Part shown: in pieces, positions 29,129 to 38,681 of the stretch
Layout of the letters: each line of letters opens with the position of its first letter
Numbering within the stretch: the first letter of the stretch is position 1
Assembly: GCA_963801355.1 (NCBI GenBank)
Contig: CAWDEM010000004.1
Location: forward strand, 672,001-736,000
DNA from: Ignavibacteriota bacterium
GTDB lineage: Bacteria > Bacteroidota > Ignavibacteria > UBA10030 > UBA6906
DNA length: 64,000 nt
Direction of reading: 5' to 3'
The notes under the pieces: generated by a model
Told to the model about the DNA's origin: nothing
The model's input: only the letters and a program-made list of their open reading frames with translations
Database searches by the model: none
Program-made: the position numbers and the translations under genes

Positions 29129-29757
29129 TTCGAATCTTGATCGCGGATGATCATCCCGTCGTGCGTCGGGGCGTACGGCAGACCCTGGCTGAAGAATTCG
29201 CCGGCTGTGAAGTCGTTGAAGCGGAAACCGCGGCGGAGCTGATCTCACTTGTCCATTCCGGCGTCTGGAGCGTCGTGATTCTGGATCTCTCTCTTCCTGA
29301 CAGGAACGGACTCGATGTGCTGAAAGAATTGCAGGTTGATTATCCGGACCTGCCGGTGGTGATCCTGAGCATGCATCCGGAGGACCAGTTTGCCGTCCGG
29401 ATGATGCGGGCGGGTGCCTCGGCATATATTACCAAGGAAAGCGCCTCCGACGAGCTGGCACAGGCTGTCCGTCACGCTCTCGCCCACAGAAAGTACATGA
29501 GCGCGGCGCTCAGCGAGCGGCTGGCTCTGGAAGCAGTCCTGGAAGACGGCGCCAAGTCTCAAATGCTCTCTGATCGGGAGATGCAGGTGCTGTGTCTGAT
29601 CGCGGAGGGGAAGACCCTCACAGAAATCTCCGAAATCCTGATCCTGAGCGTCAAGACTGTAAGTACATACAGAGCAAGGCTTCTGGAGAAGCTTGATGTC
29701 AAGACGAACGCGGATCTCGTGCATTATGCGATTTCGCACGGATATGCGAGGATGTAG
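29125..29757 (+). CDS. NarL/UvrY-family response regulator (REC + LuxR HTH)
   Basis: ADDHPVVR, LDLSLP, LSDREMQVL, LSVKTVSTYRAR; ATGA overlap with kinase. Confidence 0.95.
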   Translation: MIRILIADDHPVVRRGVRQTLAEEFAGCEVVEAETAAELISLVHSGVWSVVILDLSLPDRNGLDVLKELQVDYPDLPVVILSMHPEDQFAVRMMRAGASAYITKESASDELAQAVRHALAHRKYMSAALSERLALEAVLEDGAKSQMLSDREMQVLCLIAEGKTLTEISEILILSVKTVSTYRARLLEKLDVKTNADLVHYAISHGYARM

Positions 29758-29761
29758 CCGT

Positions 29762-29823
29762 CTGTAGGAATCTTCCTACAGGCCCTTCCGAAATTCCTAC
29801 ATGTACCTTCCTGTTTTCCTACA
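29762..29823. promoter_or_regulatory. Putative response-regulator operator: palindrome plus two phased half-sites
   Basis: CTGTAGGAA-TC-TTCCTACAG (29762-29781); TTCCTACA recurs at 29773, 29794, 29816. Confidence 0.7.
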
Positions 29824-29844
29824 CGAGAATCAGCGTTTCAGGAA

Positions 29845-29873
29845 TTGACCCTCTCCTCGCACCGGTGTACATT
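29845..29873 (+). promoter_or_regulatory. Putative sigma70 promoter
   Basis: TTGACC-N17-TACATT directly downstream of operator array. Confidence 0.55.
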
Positions 29874-29934
29874 GCCCGCACTGGAGTGCAGCTGGAAGTT
29901 TGATAAAACCGCCGGGATCCATCGGGGGGAGCGT

Positions 29935-30357
29935 ATGGTTGAGATTGCAGGTTTGACCGTGGCGGTTGGTCACGGGCATGCACATGTGCGCGACGGAATC
30001 AGACAGATCCTTCTTGGAGAGATTCACGCCGCACGTGTTGTAGAAGCAAGGAACGCCAAAGAGATGGAAGCGCTGCTGAAGCAACACCACCCGCGTGTGA
30101 TCGTGCTGAGCGATTCTTTTCCGGGGCAGCCGATCCAGGAACAGTTGGCGATTTTTCGGAAAATTGACCAATCCATGCGATGCATTGTCCTGAGCGGTTA
30201 TCCTCATGACAGCGTCAATGCGCTCCTGTTAGAAGCTGGAGCAGACGCCGTCATCATGGAAGAGAAAATTATAGACGATCTTGTTCCTGTCGTAAAGAGT
30301 GTGCTTGGGGAGGAAAACAATTCCTGTCGGGGCCTCGTGGAAGACAGTTTGCGGTAG
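29935..30357 (+). CDS. Stand-alone degenerate receiver (REC) domain protein
   Basis: Resembles REC of upstream regulator (H.HVRDGIRQIL, IVLSGYP, AGADA) but the acidic pocket DD reads HG and the phospho-Asp region reads IVLSD; ATG 29935. Confidence 0.7.
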   Translation: MVEIAGLTVAVGHGHAHVRDGIRQILLGEIHAARVVEARNAKEMEALLKQHHPRVIVLSDSFPGQPIQEQLAIFRKIDQSMRCIVLSGYPHDSVNALLLEAGADAVIMEEKIIDDLVPVVKSVLGEENNSCRGLVEDSLR

Positions 30358-30534
30358 ACGGCTGAGCTCGGGGAAGAGCCGTCTGTGTCCGCACTGTCTT
30401 CCAAGGACCTTTGCAGATCACGTCCCACCCCGGATGTACTCATCCACTCCTCCTCTCTCCAGCCATTACCTCATCAATCTCATTGCAGCTGACACTCCTC
30501 CATTGTATCTTTGGAAGTCCACACCAGTCATCCT

Positions 30535-32334
30535 ATGACCGATCCGCATCGTCAACTCGCCGCATTCCGCGCCTTGCTGAACCGCCTGCAGGTGGAGATC
30601 GGCAAAAGGGAACAGGCTCACCGCGCCGCCCTTGAGGCCGTCGACCCTTCATTGCGCGGGAGCGCCCGCAATTTCCTGGCGTTCCTGGCTGTGCAGGACA
30701 GCTCGACGCCGGCGCTGAAGAGATTTTTCGAGACCCTCGGGATGCAATTCCCGGCCGTACGGCCCGCGCGCATCACCATAGGAATCCAGAGGGCGCGCTG
30801 GTTATTGGAGGCTCTCACAGGCGTTGGACAGACGCCCCCCCTCCTTCATCGTGAACAGGACGACGGGCTTGCACAACGGTCGGAAGATCTGCTGGGCCGG
30901 AAGCGCAAAGGCTTCTCCTCGCACATCATGGTGACACTTCCCGATGCAGCGGTGACCGACCGGAACGTGGTGAAAGATCTCCTCAAAGCGGGAATGACCA
31001 TCGCCCGGATCAATTGTGCGCAGAACGGCAGGCGGGAGTGGAATGCGATGATCCGGAATGTCCGCCTTGCAAGCCGTACAACCAGACTGCCGTGCCGGAT
31101 CCTGATGGACCTCTCTGGCCCGAAACTCCGGACGGGGCATATGGTTCCCGGACCACGGGTTGCGCATCTGCGGCCGCGCCGGGACCTTTTTGGCCGCACC
31201 GCGGCACCCGCAGTCGTCAGGCTTAGCCGACCCTCCTCGCGTCCACAAGAAGGCCATCCCACGGTCATTCCCGTGCCGCAGCGCTGGCTCGCCGGAATTC
31301 GCAGAGGCGACCGGATATCATTCATCGATGTACGGGGAAAGAAACGCAGGTTGACTGCCGGGAGAAGTCAGTCCGGTGTTCGGCTGGCGGAGATCCACGA
31401 GACGGCATACGTGCAGAGCGGGACACGGCTGGATCATGTGGATCGGCGCGGTCGTCACCGCATCGCGCGAATCGGCGTACTCCCGCGCGTGGAAATGAAG
31501 ATTCCTCTGCGTCCGGGTGACATCCTGGTCGTCCACAACGACCCCCGGCCCGGCGAACCCGCGCAACACAATGCGAACGGCAAGGTGCTCCGTCCGGCTC
31601 ACATCTCCTGTACTCTGCCCGGGGTGTTTCAGTGTGTCAGAGCGGGAGATCCCGTGATGTTCGACAACGGGATCATCCAGGGTGTCGTTCAGAAGAAGTC
31701 CAGAAGAGAATTCCGGGTGCGTATCGCCCGGACAGCCGGTGAAGAACGGACGTTGCGTGCCGACAAGGGGATGAATCTTCCCCGTACGGTGGTGCATACC
31801 CCGGTGCTGACGGCGAAAGACCGCAGGGATCTCCGGTTCGCCGCAAACCACGCGGATCTTGTGAGCCTGTCATTCGTGAGAACAGCGGAGGATGTGGAGC
31901 GACTGCAGGAGAGCGTGGAGCGGGTACGGGGAAGAAAACCCGGGATCGTGATCAAGATCGAAACGTGCGAAGCGGTGCGACAGCTTCCGTCAATAGTCCT
32001 GGCGACCATGCGCCGGCGGCGAAGCGGCATCATGATGGCCCGCGGGGATCTAGCCGTGGAGTACGGCTGGGAGCGCCTTGCAGACCTCGAAGCCGTCCTC
32101 CTGGCCATGTGCCGTGCCGCCCGGCTTCCGTTCGTCGTCGCCACAGAGATTTTGGAGACGATGAACAAAAGGGGTGTCCCCTCGAGAGCGGAAATGATCG
32201 ATGCCGCCGTGGCTTCGCACGCTCAGGGGGTACTGCTCAACAAAGGTCCACATCTTGTTGCGACGACCCGCATGCTGGGCAGAATCCTGCGCACAGCATC
32301 CGGACGGAAACGCGGCTACTTCTTCTTCAGCTGA
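30535..32334 (+). CDS. Atypical long-insert pyruvate kinase-family protein
   Basis: [54 protein letters not shown]; no C-terminal regulatory domain. Confidence 0.8.
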   Translation: MTDPHRQLAAFRALLNRLQVEIGKREQAHRAALEAVDPSLRGSARNFLAFLAVQDSSTPALKRFFETLGMQFPAVRPARITIGIQRARWLLEALTGVGQTPPLLHREQDDGLAQRSEDLLGRKRKGFSSHIMVTLPDAAVTDRNVVKDLLKAGMTIARINCAQNGRREWNAMIRNVRLASRTTRLPCRILMDLSGPKLRTGHMVPGPRVAHLRPRRDLFGRTAAPAVVRLSRPSSRPQEGHPTVIPVPQRWLAGIRRGDRISFIDVRGKKRRLTAGRSQSGVRLAEIHETAYVQSGTRLDHVDRRGRHRIARIGVLPRVEMKIPLRPGDILVVHNDPRPGEPAQHNANGKVLRPAHISCTLPGVFQCVRAGDPVMFDNGIIQGVVQKKSRREFRVRIARTAGEERTLRADKGMNLPRTVVHTPVLTAKDRRDLRFAANHADLVSLSFVRTAEDVERLQESVERVRGRKPGIVIKIETCEAVRQLPSIVLATMRRRRSGIMMARGDLAVEYGWERLADLEAVLLAMCRAARLPFVVATEILETMNKRGVPSRAEMIDAAVASHAQGVLLNKGPHLVATTRMLGRILRTASGRKRGYFFFS

Positions 32335-33062
32335 TCGGCCACAGCCTTGGCCGCGGCCTCGATGGCCGCCGTGTCACCGAGATAGTAGTGCGCGATGGGC
32401 TTCAACGAGTCGTCCAGCTCGTACACAAGCGGGATTCCCGTCGGGATATTCAACTCCACGATTTCCGCTTCGGGTATGTTGTCCAGGTACTTCACCAGTG
32501 CGCGCAGGCTGTTGCCATGTGCTGCGATGAGAACACGCTTGCCGCTCTTGACGGTCGGGGCAATGGTGTCGTGCCAGAGGGGGAGAAATCGTGCGACGGT
32601 GTCTTTGAGGGATTCCGTCAGCGGAAGGTCCGCCGCACCCAGTGACGCATAGCGCGGATCCCGGCCGGGATAGCGGGGATCAGTCTGCGTCAATGCAGGC
32701 GGCGGCACGTCATAGCTGCGTCGCCAGATTTTCACCTGATCCATACCGTGCTTTTCAGCGGTTTCCGCCTTGTTCAATCCCTGCAGTGCTCCATAATGGC
32801 GTTCGTTGAGCCGCCAGTGATTGTACACCGGGATGTACATTTGATCCAGCTCTTCAAGGGCGACCCAGAGAGTCTTGATGGCGCGTGAGAGAACAGAGGT
32901 GTAGGCAAGGTCGAACAGATATCCTTCCTTCTTGAGGGTCTTGCCGGCATCATGTGCTTCCCTGAGCCCTTTGTCGCTTAACCCGACATCCGTCCAGCCT
33001 GTGAACCGGTTCTCCTTATTCCATGTACTCTCGCCGTGGCGCAACAGCACGATTTTTTTCAT
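32316..33062 (-). CDS. gpmA: 2,3-bisphosphoglycerate-dependent phosphoglycerate mutase
   Basis: [44 protein letters not shown]. Confidence 0.97.
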   Translation of the reverse strand: MKKIVLLRHGESTWNKENRFTGWTDVGLSDKGLREAHDAGKTLKKEGYLFDLAYTSVLSRAIKTLWVALEELDQMYIPVYNHWRLNERHYGALQGLNKAETAEKHGMDQVKIWRRSYDVPPPALTQTDPRYPGRDPRYASLGAADLPLTESLKDTVARFLPLWHDTIAPTVKSGKRVLIAAHGNSLRALVKYLDNIPEAEIVELNIPTGIPLVYELDDSLKPIAHYYLGDTAAIEAAAKAVADQLKKK

Positions 33063-33248
33063 AGTGTTCGCTTCCTCATGATCAATGTGAACGGATGGAG
33101 CTCGATGAACTCTCCTAAAGTACGAGATTTTTGCCGGTTCTGCAAAGGATCGATCCGGGAAGAGAAAGTATTTGCATATTCGAAGAATCCGCCTATCTTG
33201 AATCCACCGAGGGAGCAGTACTCCTATCCCCCATCGTAAGGAATTCCG

Positions 33249-34391
33249 ATGATGAGATGCTTCGAAAGGTATACCATGGCGATGATCCTCAGCCTCAGCG
33301 CGGTCTTCGGGTCGGGTTGCGGCCCCGGTGACACGAAGATCTCCCGGCAGCCATTTGGCGAGACACGGGATGGCAAGAACGTGGAGCTCTTCACGCTTCG
33401 CAACAGGAATGGTATGGAAGCCAAGATCACAAACTATGGTGGCATTGTCGTCTCGCTTCTTGTACCCGACCGCAATGGCACCATGGGTGATGTCGTGCTG
33501 GGCTATGACAAGCTCGACAGCTACATCGCCGATAATCCGTATTTCGGTGCATTAATAGGGCGCTACGGCAATCGCATCAGCAAGGGTCAGTTCACCCTGG
33601 ACGGGGTGGCCTATCGCCTGGCCGTCAACGACGGTGAGAACCATCTCCACGGGGGTCTGAAGGGGTTCGACAAGGTCGTGTGGGATGCAGCGGAAACCGA
33701 ATCCAGGGAAGGTCCTGCGCTGCACCTCAAGTACGTGAGTCCGGACGGAGAAGAAGGATATCCCGGAACGCTTCTCGTTGATGTGATCTACACGCTCACA
33801 GACTCCAACGAGCTCAAGATTGTCTACAGCGCCGTGAGTGACAAGCCGACCGTGGCAAATCTTACGCACCACTCCTATTTCAATCTGGCCGGGGAAGGAA
33901 GCGGCACGATTCTGGATCATGTGTTGACAATTGATGCGGACCTCTTCACTCCTGTAGATCCCGGGTTGATTCCCACAGGAGAACTGAGGTCCGTAGAAGG
34001 CACGCCGCTGGATTTCCGGAAGCCGACCCGTATCGGAGAGAGGATTGGCGCCGATGATGAACAGTTGAAGCTGGGCGGCGGGTACGACCACAACTGGGTG
34101 CTGAACAAATCCACAAATGCGCTCACGCAGGCCGCACGTGTGGAGGATCGGTCCACCGGGCGCATCATGGAAGTATTGACGACGGAGCCCGCCCTGCAAT
34201 TCTATTCGGGGAACTTTCTCACCGGGAAGCATATCGGCAAGAAAGGCCACCCGTATGTGTACCGCTCGGGCTTCTGCCTGGAAACGCAGCATTACCCCGA
34301 TTCGCCAAACAGACAGGAGTTTCCATCGACAGTACTTGATGCCGGGAAGAAATACTCTTCCACGACGGTCTATAGATTTTCCCATGAGTGA
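33249..34391 (+). CDS. galM: Aldose 1-epimerase (mutarotase), probable lipoprotein
   Basis: [48 protein letters not shown]; N-terminal GSGC lipobox-like. Confidence 0.93.
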   Translation: MMRCFERYTMAMILSLSAVFGSGCGPGDTKISRQPFGETRDGKNVELFTLRNRNGMEAKITNYGGIVVSLLVPDRNGTMGDVVLGYDKLDSYIADNPYFGALIGRYGNRISKGQFTLDGVAYRLAVNDGENHLHGGLKGFDKVVWDAAETESREGPALHLKYVSPDGEEGYPGTLLVDVIYTLTDSNELKIVYSAVSDKPTVANLTHHSYFNLAGEGSGTILDHVLTIDADLFTPVDPGLIPTGELRSVEGTPLDFRKPTRIGERIGADDEQLKLGGGYDHNWVLNKSTNALTQAARVEDRSTGRIMEVLTTEPALQFYSGNFLTGKHIGKKGHPYVYRSGFCLETQHYPDSPNRQEFPSTVLDAGKKYSSTTVYRFSHE

Positions 34392-34422
34392 ATTCTGCAG
34401 TCCACATTCCGGAGGCAAGGCG

Positions 34423-35151
34423 ATGAAAATGCATTGTGGCGTGTGGCTTCTGGTCCTGGCGCTGCTGGTCGGGACTTCTGACATGACGGCGCAATCGAAG
34501 AAGAGCGACAAAGAAAAGAAGGCGAAGACAACAGCGACGAAAGTGAAGGAAACAAAAAAGAAGAAAGACGCCACAAAAGAGTCAAAGAAAGAAGCGAAAA
34601 AAGAATCCGCGAAAGCATCCAAGAAAGACTCAAAGAAAGAATCGGCAAAAGAATCGGTAAAAGAATCCAAGAAAGACACAAAGAAAGAATCGACAAAAGA
34701 ATCCAAGAAAGAAGCAAAGAAGGATTTGAAGAAAGACGTAACAAAGGCGAAAGAGCAGACGAAAGCGAAGGCCAAGACCGACGCAGCGAAGACCAAGACC
34801 GACGCGGAGAAGACGCCCGTCGAGAAGCGGGCAAAGAAGGAACGTGTCACAAAGGAAGAAAACGCACCGAAGGAGCAGAAGCAACGGGAAGAACCTGCAC
34901 TGGAACCAAAGAACGACGAACGGGATGAAATCGTCGGCAAGACCGCGGATGGGAAGAGTGTGTATGCAGGGTCCCGGGGAGGGCACTACTACATAGGGGA
35001 GAGCGGCAACAAGACGTACGTAAAAGAGTTTGTAGGAGCGAAGATCATCGGGAAGACCAAAGATGGCAGCCCCATTTACGAAGGACCGCGGGGCGGCCAT
35101 TATTACTACAACTCGAACGGCAACAAGACGTACGTGCCCAGAGACAAGTAG
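34423..35151 (+). CDS. Exported Lys/Glu-rich repeat protein with two C-terminal GPRGG-type (PBCV basic adaptor-like) modules
   Basis: GGAGG RBS; signal peptide; xKES/KKDx tetrapeptides; two IxGKTxDGxxxYxGxRGGHYY...GNKTYV repeats. Confidence 0.75.
   Translation: MKMHCGVWLLVLALLVGTSDMTAQSKKSDKEKKAKTTATKVKETKKKKDATKESKKEAKKESAKASKKDSKKESAKESVKESKKDTKKESTKESKKEAKKDLKKDVTKAKEQTKAKAKTDAAKTKTDAEKTPVEKRAKKERVTKEENAPKEQKQREEPALEPKNDERDEIVGKTADGKSVYAGSRGGHYYIGESGNKTYVKEFVGAKIIGKTKDGSPIYEGPRGGHYYYNSNGNKTYVPRDK
34561..34740 (+). repeat. Degenerate 12-bp coding tandem repeat, 15 units
   Basis: KKDA TKES KKEA KKES AKAS KKDS KKES AKES VKES KKDT KKES TKES KKEA KKDL KKDV; extreme A/G bias. Confidence 0.85.
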
Positions 35152-35167
35152 ACAACGCGGTTGTCGA

Positions 35168-35204
35168 GCGACGCAGACCGGTCATGGTGCCCGGTCTGCG
35201 TCGC
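35168..35204. terminator. Hairpin between convergent genes (probable terminator)
   Basis: Perfect 14-bp stem GCGACGCAGACCGG-N9-CCGGTCTGCGTCGC, followed by GCCTGTTTT. Confidence 0.75.
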
Positions 35205-35219
35205 GCCTGTTTTGAGGGG

Positions 35220-35711
35220 CTACTTCTGGTAGAGCATGTACACCGACAATAGCCAGGGGATGATGCTGGAATACCAGGCCATCTGTGCGCGCTGTATCCA
35301 GCGGAATTTCTGTGTCGCAATTGTCGCGGTGCGATAGCACTGTTCCGTGAGGTCTTCGAGATACTCCTCGTCATTGATCGTCTTGACGCGCTCTGCAAAA
35401 GTACCGCTGGTAACTGCAGATATTGATCCGAAGAAGACAATGGATCGGGCGGGTCGTGAAGTGCGTGGGAGAGAACTGAGCGAAAGAAAGAGAAGGCTGA
35501 GCAGCAAGCCGAGCGCTGCGAGGGTGACAAGACCCACCACCCACGCCTGCACGACTTCCTGGCGCGTGACAAGAGCAGCCAGCAGTGCAAGCATCGTGGT
35601 GTTCATTCCGATGAGCGTGGCGACTTTGGTGTCCGCCCCGTTGTTTGTAACAATGAGACGGAACAGTGACACTTCCATGAATCTGTTGCGTTCAGGTGTA
35701 TCCATGATCAC
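35220..35711 (-). CDS. Pycsar-effector-like (DUF5706/PycTM) membrane protein
   Basis: ADTK then two TMs, PR...SIVFFGSI, DL.EQ.Y...IA..KF pattern, C-terminal TM. Confidence 0.7.
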   Translation of the reverse strand: MIMDTPERNRFMEVSLFRLIVTNNGADTKVATLIGMNTTMLALLAALVTRQEVVQAWVVGLVTLAALGLLLSLLFLSLSSLPRTSRPARSIVFFGSISAVTSGTFAERVKTINDEEYLEDLTEQCYRTATIATQKFRWIQRAQMAWYSSIIPWLLSVYMLYQK

Positions 35712-35972
35712 TCCACGAGATGAATTACGGTGCCAACTTACTCGCCCGCGGGGGTGTGGATCTCCCCCGTAGTCTTTTCATAATAAGAAGCAGTTCAGAG
35801 AGAAGCAATCCGGCTGTTGATACTCATCGATTTTGGATATATTGTCAGTGACAGCAGAGCTCGCAGAGACCGTTCATCCCGGCCACGCGTGCTTCGCGGA
35901 TGAGCCCTCAGTGCAATGAGTTCAGCTCAATCGCTCCTGTGTGAAGTATGTGTACGTTCAGGACAACCGACC

Positions 35973-37178
35973 ATGCAGACATCCTTTGCATCCCGCATGA
36001 GCATCCTCCGGGCTTCCGATATCCGCGAGATTCTCAAAGTGACCCTGAACCCCGACATGATATCGTTCGCCGGAGGCTTGCCTGCCCCGGAGTTGTTCCC
36101 CAATCTTGCGATCGCCCGGATTGCCGAAGAGATCCTCCGCACGCGGGCACGCGTGGCGCTGCAGTATTCTCCCACTGAAGGGATTCAGCCGCTGCGCGAA
36201 CAGATCGCGAGCCGCATGAACACCCTCTGGTCAACACACTTCGGTGCCGAGGATATACTTGTAACAACCGGATCGCAGCAGGGATTGGACCTCATCGCCA
36301 AACTCTGGATAGACGAGGGTGATGCCGTGATCTGCGAAAGCCCGACATATCTCGGGGCGGTCATGGCATTCAATGTCTTCAAGCCCCGCTGGGTCGAAGT
36401 GGCAACTGACGCGGACGGGATGGACCTCGCAGCCCTTGAACATGCGCTGCGGACCGGGGAACGGGTAAAGATGATCTATGTCGTGCCGAACTACCAGAAT
36501 CCCACGGGACGTACATGGTCATTTGAACGCCGCCGGGGTTTGCTGGCACTGGCACAACGCTATAGCGTGCCGATTATCGAAGACAACCCCTACGGCGAAT
36601 TGACGTTCGAAGGAGAGCCCCCCCGGGCGATCCAGGCCATGGACAACGAAGGATTAGTCCTCACCCTCGGAACATTCTCCAAGATCTTCTGTCCGGGGCT
36701 TCGCATCGGATGGATTGCCGCCTGCAGGCCCATTCTGGACAAGCTTGTCGTGCTGAAACAGGCGGCCGATTTGCACTCTTCCACACTCGACCAAATGATT
36801 GCTTCGGCGTACTTGCAGACATACGATATCGAAAAAGATCTCGTCCAAAAGCGGGAAGTCTACCGCAAACGAAGAGATGCAATGCTGGCAGCCCTGGAGA
36901 CCGAGATGCCTCCGGGCGTCACCGTCACGCACCCGAAGGGCGGGCTCTTTCTCTGGCTTGAATTGCCGGAAGCGGTGGATGCCCGCCGGCTCCTCCGCAT
37001 CTCCCTCGACCGGGGAGTGGCATTCGTTCCCGGTGAGTCCTTCTTCCCGAACACGCAGCGTAAGAACACCCTGCGCTTGAATTTCTCCAACATGCCCGAG
37101 CAGAGGATTGCTGAAGGGATTAGCCGCCTCGGAACTGCAATGAAAGAAATGCTCGCGCAGGCTGCTGTCGCCGAATAA
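35973..37178 (+). CDS. PLP-dependent aminotransferase class I (LysN/ARO8-like)
   Basis: SDIREILK, ISFAGGLP, TTGSQQGLDL, PNYQNPTG, EDNPY, GTFSKIFCPGLRIGW, LRLNFS; ATG 35973. Confidence 0.92.
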   Translation: MQTSFASRMSILRASDIREILKVTLNPDMISFAGGLPAPELFPNLAIARIAEEILRTRARVALQYSPTEGIQPLREQIASRMNTLWSTHFGAEDILVTTGSQQGLDLIAKLWIDEGDAVICESPTYLGAVMAFNVFKPRWVEVATDADGMDLAALEHALRTGERVKMIYVVPNYQNPTGRTWSFERRRGLLALAQRYSVPIIEDNPYGELTFEGEPPRAIQAMDNEGLVLTLGTFSKIFCPGLRIGWIAACRPILDKLVVLKQAADLHSSTLDQMIASAYLQTYDIEKDLVQKREVYRKRRDAMLAALETEMPPGVTVTHPKGGLFLWLELPEAVDARRLLRISLDRGVAFVPGESFFPNTQRKNTLRLNFSNMPEQRIAEGISRLGTAMKEMLAQAAVAE

Positions 37179-37198
37179 CCAGATCTTCCCCTGGATTC

Positions 37199-37228
37199 GC
37201 CTGCCTCCATCATCCCGGGGAGGCAGGC
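37199..37228. terminator. Hairpin between convergent genes
   Basis: GCCTGCCTCC-N10-GGAGGCAGGC perfect 10-bp stem. Confidence 0.6.
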
Positions 37229-37232
37229 AGGT

Positions 37233-38519
37233 TCACGCACCCGCCGTCTCCCGCCGCCCCTTCCAAAAGTCGATCCCCAGCGCCACGAGAACGGGTATGT
37301 ATTCTCCTGCCATTGCAAGCGGATGCTGTTCCCATACACCCACGGACCTGTACTCCATGACCGTGAAGACCGTGAGACTCACCGTGGCCGCGAGAATCAC
37401 TCCTGACCACTGACGCACAAGCGGCAGGAAGAGCACCAACCAGCATACGTACCAGGGATGGACGACGGGCGAGAACAGCAGGAGTGCCAGCGTGGCGAGA
37501 TACATTTTCCTGATCTGGCTCCCCCGCATCCGCAGGAGCACCAGAAGGGAGATCACAAGACATCCCGCACAGAGAAGACGCGAGGGGAGGTTGTCGGCGA
37601 GAAACAGATTCGCCACCTCGAAGGCAACACCGTTGAAGGTCCAGTGCCGGCTGAATGTGAGCAGTCCTTCAAACGGATTTGATGACGGGAGGTACGGGAG
37701 AAACTGCAGCACGAAAGGAACAAACGGCAGTGTCAGGATCCATGCTCTCGCTGAGGTGTTCCTCGCGCCGAGGACAAAGAAGGGCAGGAGCAGCAATCCG
37801 ACGGGTTTGATCGCGAGGCTTAAGCCGAGCAGAACCATGGCCCGGCCTTGTTTCTGAGAAAGGTAATAGAGCAGCGCGAACGCAAGGAGGGGGAGGCCCA
37901 GTCCATCAAGGTGCGCGTCAAATGCAAACTGCATGATCGGGAGTGGGCAGAGAGCATAGAGCAACGTGCGTACGGGCGGCATATCCAGGAGTTTCGCAAG
38001 GCGCCACAACGCCGTGATCGTCAGGGTCTCGGCGATAAGCAGGAAAAGTTTGAACCCCCACACCGCTTCGGCTGCAAGCTGGTAACTCAGATAAAATATC
38101 CACTCGCTGAGCGGAAAATAGACTGATTTCATCTCCGGATGATTCACGGCGGCCGGGAGCAGGTCTGACCTGAGAACTGCCAGCTCCTGAGCATCTGGGG
38201 AATAGAGGTAGGGGTTGATGCCAGCTGCCTGCACCTTACCGTCCCAGAGGTAGCGGAAGACATCGTCCGAACCCACCGGCATGGCGAAGAGGAACGTTGC
38301 GCGGAGCAGGAGAGCGATGCCCAGGAGACCCAGCACGGTGCTTTCGGGGAGCTCTGCGTGCTGCACTTCAATGGCGAGCCAGATATAGACGGATGAAGAG
38401 AAGAGAAAGATCGCCGCATAACAACCAATGCCGTAGACGCCGCACACATGAAGTGCAATCAGGGTTCCCACGATGATGCCGGCGGGAAGCAGCACTCTGG
38501 TATGTGATGCCGTGGGCAT
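37233..38519 (-). CDS. GT-C fold membrane glycosyltransferase (GT87/DUF2029-like)
   Basis: SDDVFRYLWDG, NPYLYSP, AHLD, SPVVHPWY; many TMs; start uncertain (38519 or 38549). Confidence 0.82.
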   Translation of the reverse strand: MPTASHTRVLLPAGIIVGTLIALHVCGVYGIGCYAAIFLFSSSVYIWLAIEVQHAELPESTVLGLLGIALLLRATFLFAMPVGSDDVFRYLWDGKVQAAGINPYLYSPDAQELAVLRSDLLPAAVNHPEMKSVYFPLSEWIFYLSYQLAAEAVWGFKLFLLIAETLTITALWRLAKLLDMPPVRTLLYALCPLPIMQFAFDAHLDGLGLPLLAFALLYYLSQKQGRAMVLLGLSLAIKPVGLLLLPFFVLGARNTSARAWILTLPFVPFVLQFLPYLPSSNPFEGLLTFSRHWTFNGVAFEVANLFLADNLPSRLLCAGCLVISLLVLLRMRGSQIRKMYLATLALLLFSPVVHPWYVCWLVLFLPLVRQWSGVILAATVSLTVFTVMEYRSVGVWEQHPLAMAGEYIPVLVALGIDFWKGRRETAGA

Positions 38520-38681
38520 GGTGTGGACACCGGATGAGTCTTCCCACATAATACCTCGGCCTGCGGACAAATGCAAAGGACCGGGACTTGGTTCCGATGG
38601 TTGGTTGTATGCTACTCTGTTTCTTCGCATATTTAATATCTATTTCTTCTTGCGCACGAACGGGGGTAAGGAAGAAGGCAT

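Noticed and set aside
33552-34940. 462-aa minus-strand ORF rich in Phe/Ser
   Set aside because: Antisense shadow of galM and the A-rich Lys repeat; no independent motifs
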